NCBI RefSeq assembly: GCF_009914755.1 | Contig: NC_060928.1 | DNA: 64,000 nt | From: the human T2T-CHM13v2.0 reference genome, Homo sapiens | Reading direction: 5' to 3' (one strand) | Shown here: in pieces, positions 62,493 to 64,000 of the stretch | Layout: each line of letters begins with the position of its first letter | Numbering within the stretch: the stretch's first letter is position 1 | Notes under the pieces: model-generated | The model's input: only the letters and a program-made list of their open reading frames with translations | Told to the model about the DNA's origin: nothing | Databases searched by the model: none | Translations under genes and position numbers: made by a program

Positions 62493-62558
62493 TCAAAGAA
62501 AAAAGGACTGAGTGCAGAAGAAAAGAGAACTCGCATGATGGAAATATTTTCTGAAACA
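62493..62558 (+). CDS. MND1: MND1 coding exon 2 (SKKKGLSAEEKRTRMMEIFSET), meiotic HOP2-MND1 recombinase cofactor
   Basis: ttttttgctttag|TCA AAG AAA ... GAA ACA|gtaagt, 66 nt. M+SKKKGLSAEEKRTRMMEIF is the MND1 N-terminus. Confidence 0.94.
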
Positions 62559-64000
62559 GTAAGTCATTTTCTTTAACACTTATAATTTTGTGTAATTTTC
62601 ATCTTAAGTATATGTCATCCAATGTTAACTGTCCCCTCTTTGTTAAACATCAATACTGATCAATTTCTTGAAGAATGGGTAAGATTCTGCAAATATTTGT
62701 GGTTCCTGTGAGTTATGGAGTGTGAAAAACCATATCCCACTGTTGGTAGAGTCTCTTTCACCCAAGCAGTCCTGCATACTGGCACCAGAATCTTCTGATG
62801 CATATATTTGATTATCTCCTCTTTCTGCCTGAAAAATAATAATGATGAAAGCCCACATCTCCTGAGTGCTGCCTAGGTGCCAACCAGTCTTGGATCTCAA
62901 ACAATAGAAGCCATAGTTCCAGGATTCAAACCAGGGAGGATCATTTGATTTCAGAGGGAGTACCAAATACTATGTCTTTGCATTTTAAGTCTGTCTATAG
63001 TGTAACACACAGTCGATGGTACAGAGGCCTTCATTTATTCCAGATATTTGTGCCTGCCATCAACAGGAAATATGTTTAAAGTTTCATCTCCTAAGTGAAG
63101 AGCCAGAGTTCAAACCCAGGTACCTGGCTCTACAGCCTACTGTCTCATGGCTTTACACTGTTACTGGAAGGCTTTTCTATGTCTTCAGGTTAAAGGCCAC
63201 ATAAATCTTTGACCTAAAAGAACACCGACTTCATATGGCTTGGCAGGACCTACAAAGCCTAGTTGGCCCCAGTCTACTGGCTATTTTCATCATATACAAA
63301 TGTGAAGAAGATGGGGAAAAGTGGTAGAATTGAATATTAAATTGATAAAATCCCTTTTCACTTTAAGGCAGATTCTTAGTAAAAAAAAAAAAAAAAAACA
63401 AACAAAATACACGGGATTTGCCCACTAAGTATAATCTTATTGTTCTTAAAAGTCATTGGCAATTCAGAACAGGGTGTCATATTATGATGATGATATGGTT
63501 ACAAAGATAAATTGGTGAAGTCTCTATGTGAAAATTATAGCAATTCTTCTGCTGAGTTGAAATATTTTTCCTATGGTCTCAGCAAGAAAAGTAAGTTTAA
63601 TTCCTTCAAGACAGTAGAAAGCTGAGGAGAGTGGTTGGGGAAATTATTTTGTCATTTACAATATTATTATCTCAAATATAAAAATTGGCTGTTTCTAACT
63701 GAAAAATTTTAAACCTTGTCCTTAGTAACATCAAAACATGAAAGACTCTGAGGATCAGCAGTTTAAGGAAGTTCAGTAATTAGTGAGGTTTTCCATAAAG
63801 CTGGGAATTAATTGTACTGATTGATTTATTTCATATATTCCTGTTTCTTTTTTTCATTATAGCCTAATCAGTTGCTGCTCATTTAGTCTATCAGTTTTTT
63901 GACGGAATTGAAAAGTATAAGAGATTTGGGAAAAGTAATGGAGGCCATTTCATTTGTTCTTTCATGAATGGAATATGGTATATCCGGGATCCAGACTGAT

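Overview
Human (primate-type, AluYa5-bearing) genomic DNA. It contains the 3' part of TRIM2 on the + strand: nine coding exons from the B-box through the coiled-coil, filamin and NHL repeats to the stop codon at 47393-47395, then a ~4.35 kb 3'UTR. About 5.3 kb downstream are the CpG-island promoter and first two coding exons of MND1 (+). The 19.5 kb TRIM2 intron holds an antisense processed annexin A2 pseudogene (ANXA2P1-like), a solo LTR10-family LTR, a 5'-inverted L1PA2/3 and a young AluYa5. Most of the remainder is Alu/L1/L2/MIR/MaLR/DNA-transposon sequence. All exon boundaries were read as AG/GT sites, and the phases join into one frame (1863 nt = 620 codons + stop). I see no evidence for a wholly new gene system. 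The best leads are regulatory or structural: an in-frame +12 nt alternative donor in an NHL exon, an AP-1-bearing LTR10 enhancer candidate, a 60-bp poly(A)-tailed micro-retrocopy with a target-site duplication (TSD), an unexplained 140-bp CpG-decayed direct repeat, inverted young Alus bracketing two exons, a duplicated poly(A) cleavage region and an alternative MND1 exon. Repeat subfamily names come from recalled consensus features, not database searches.
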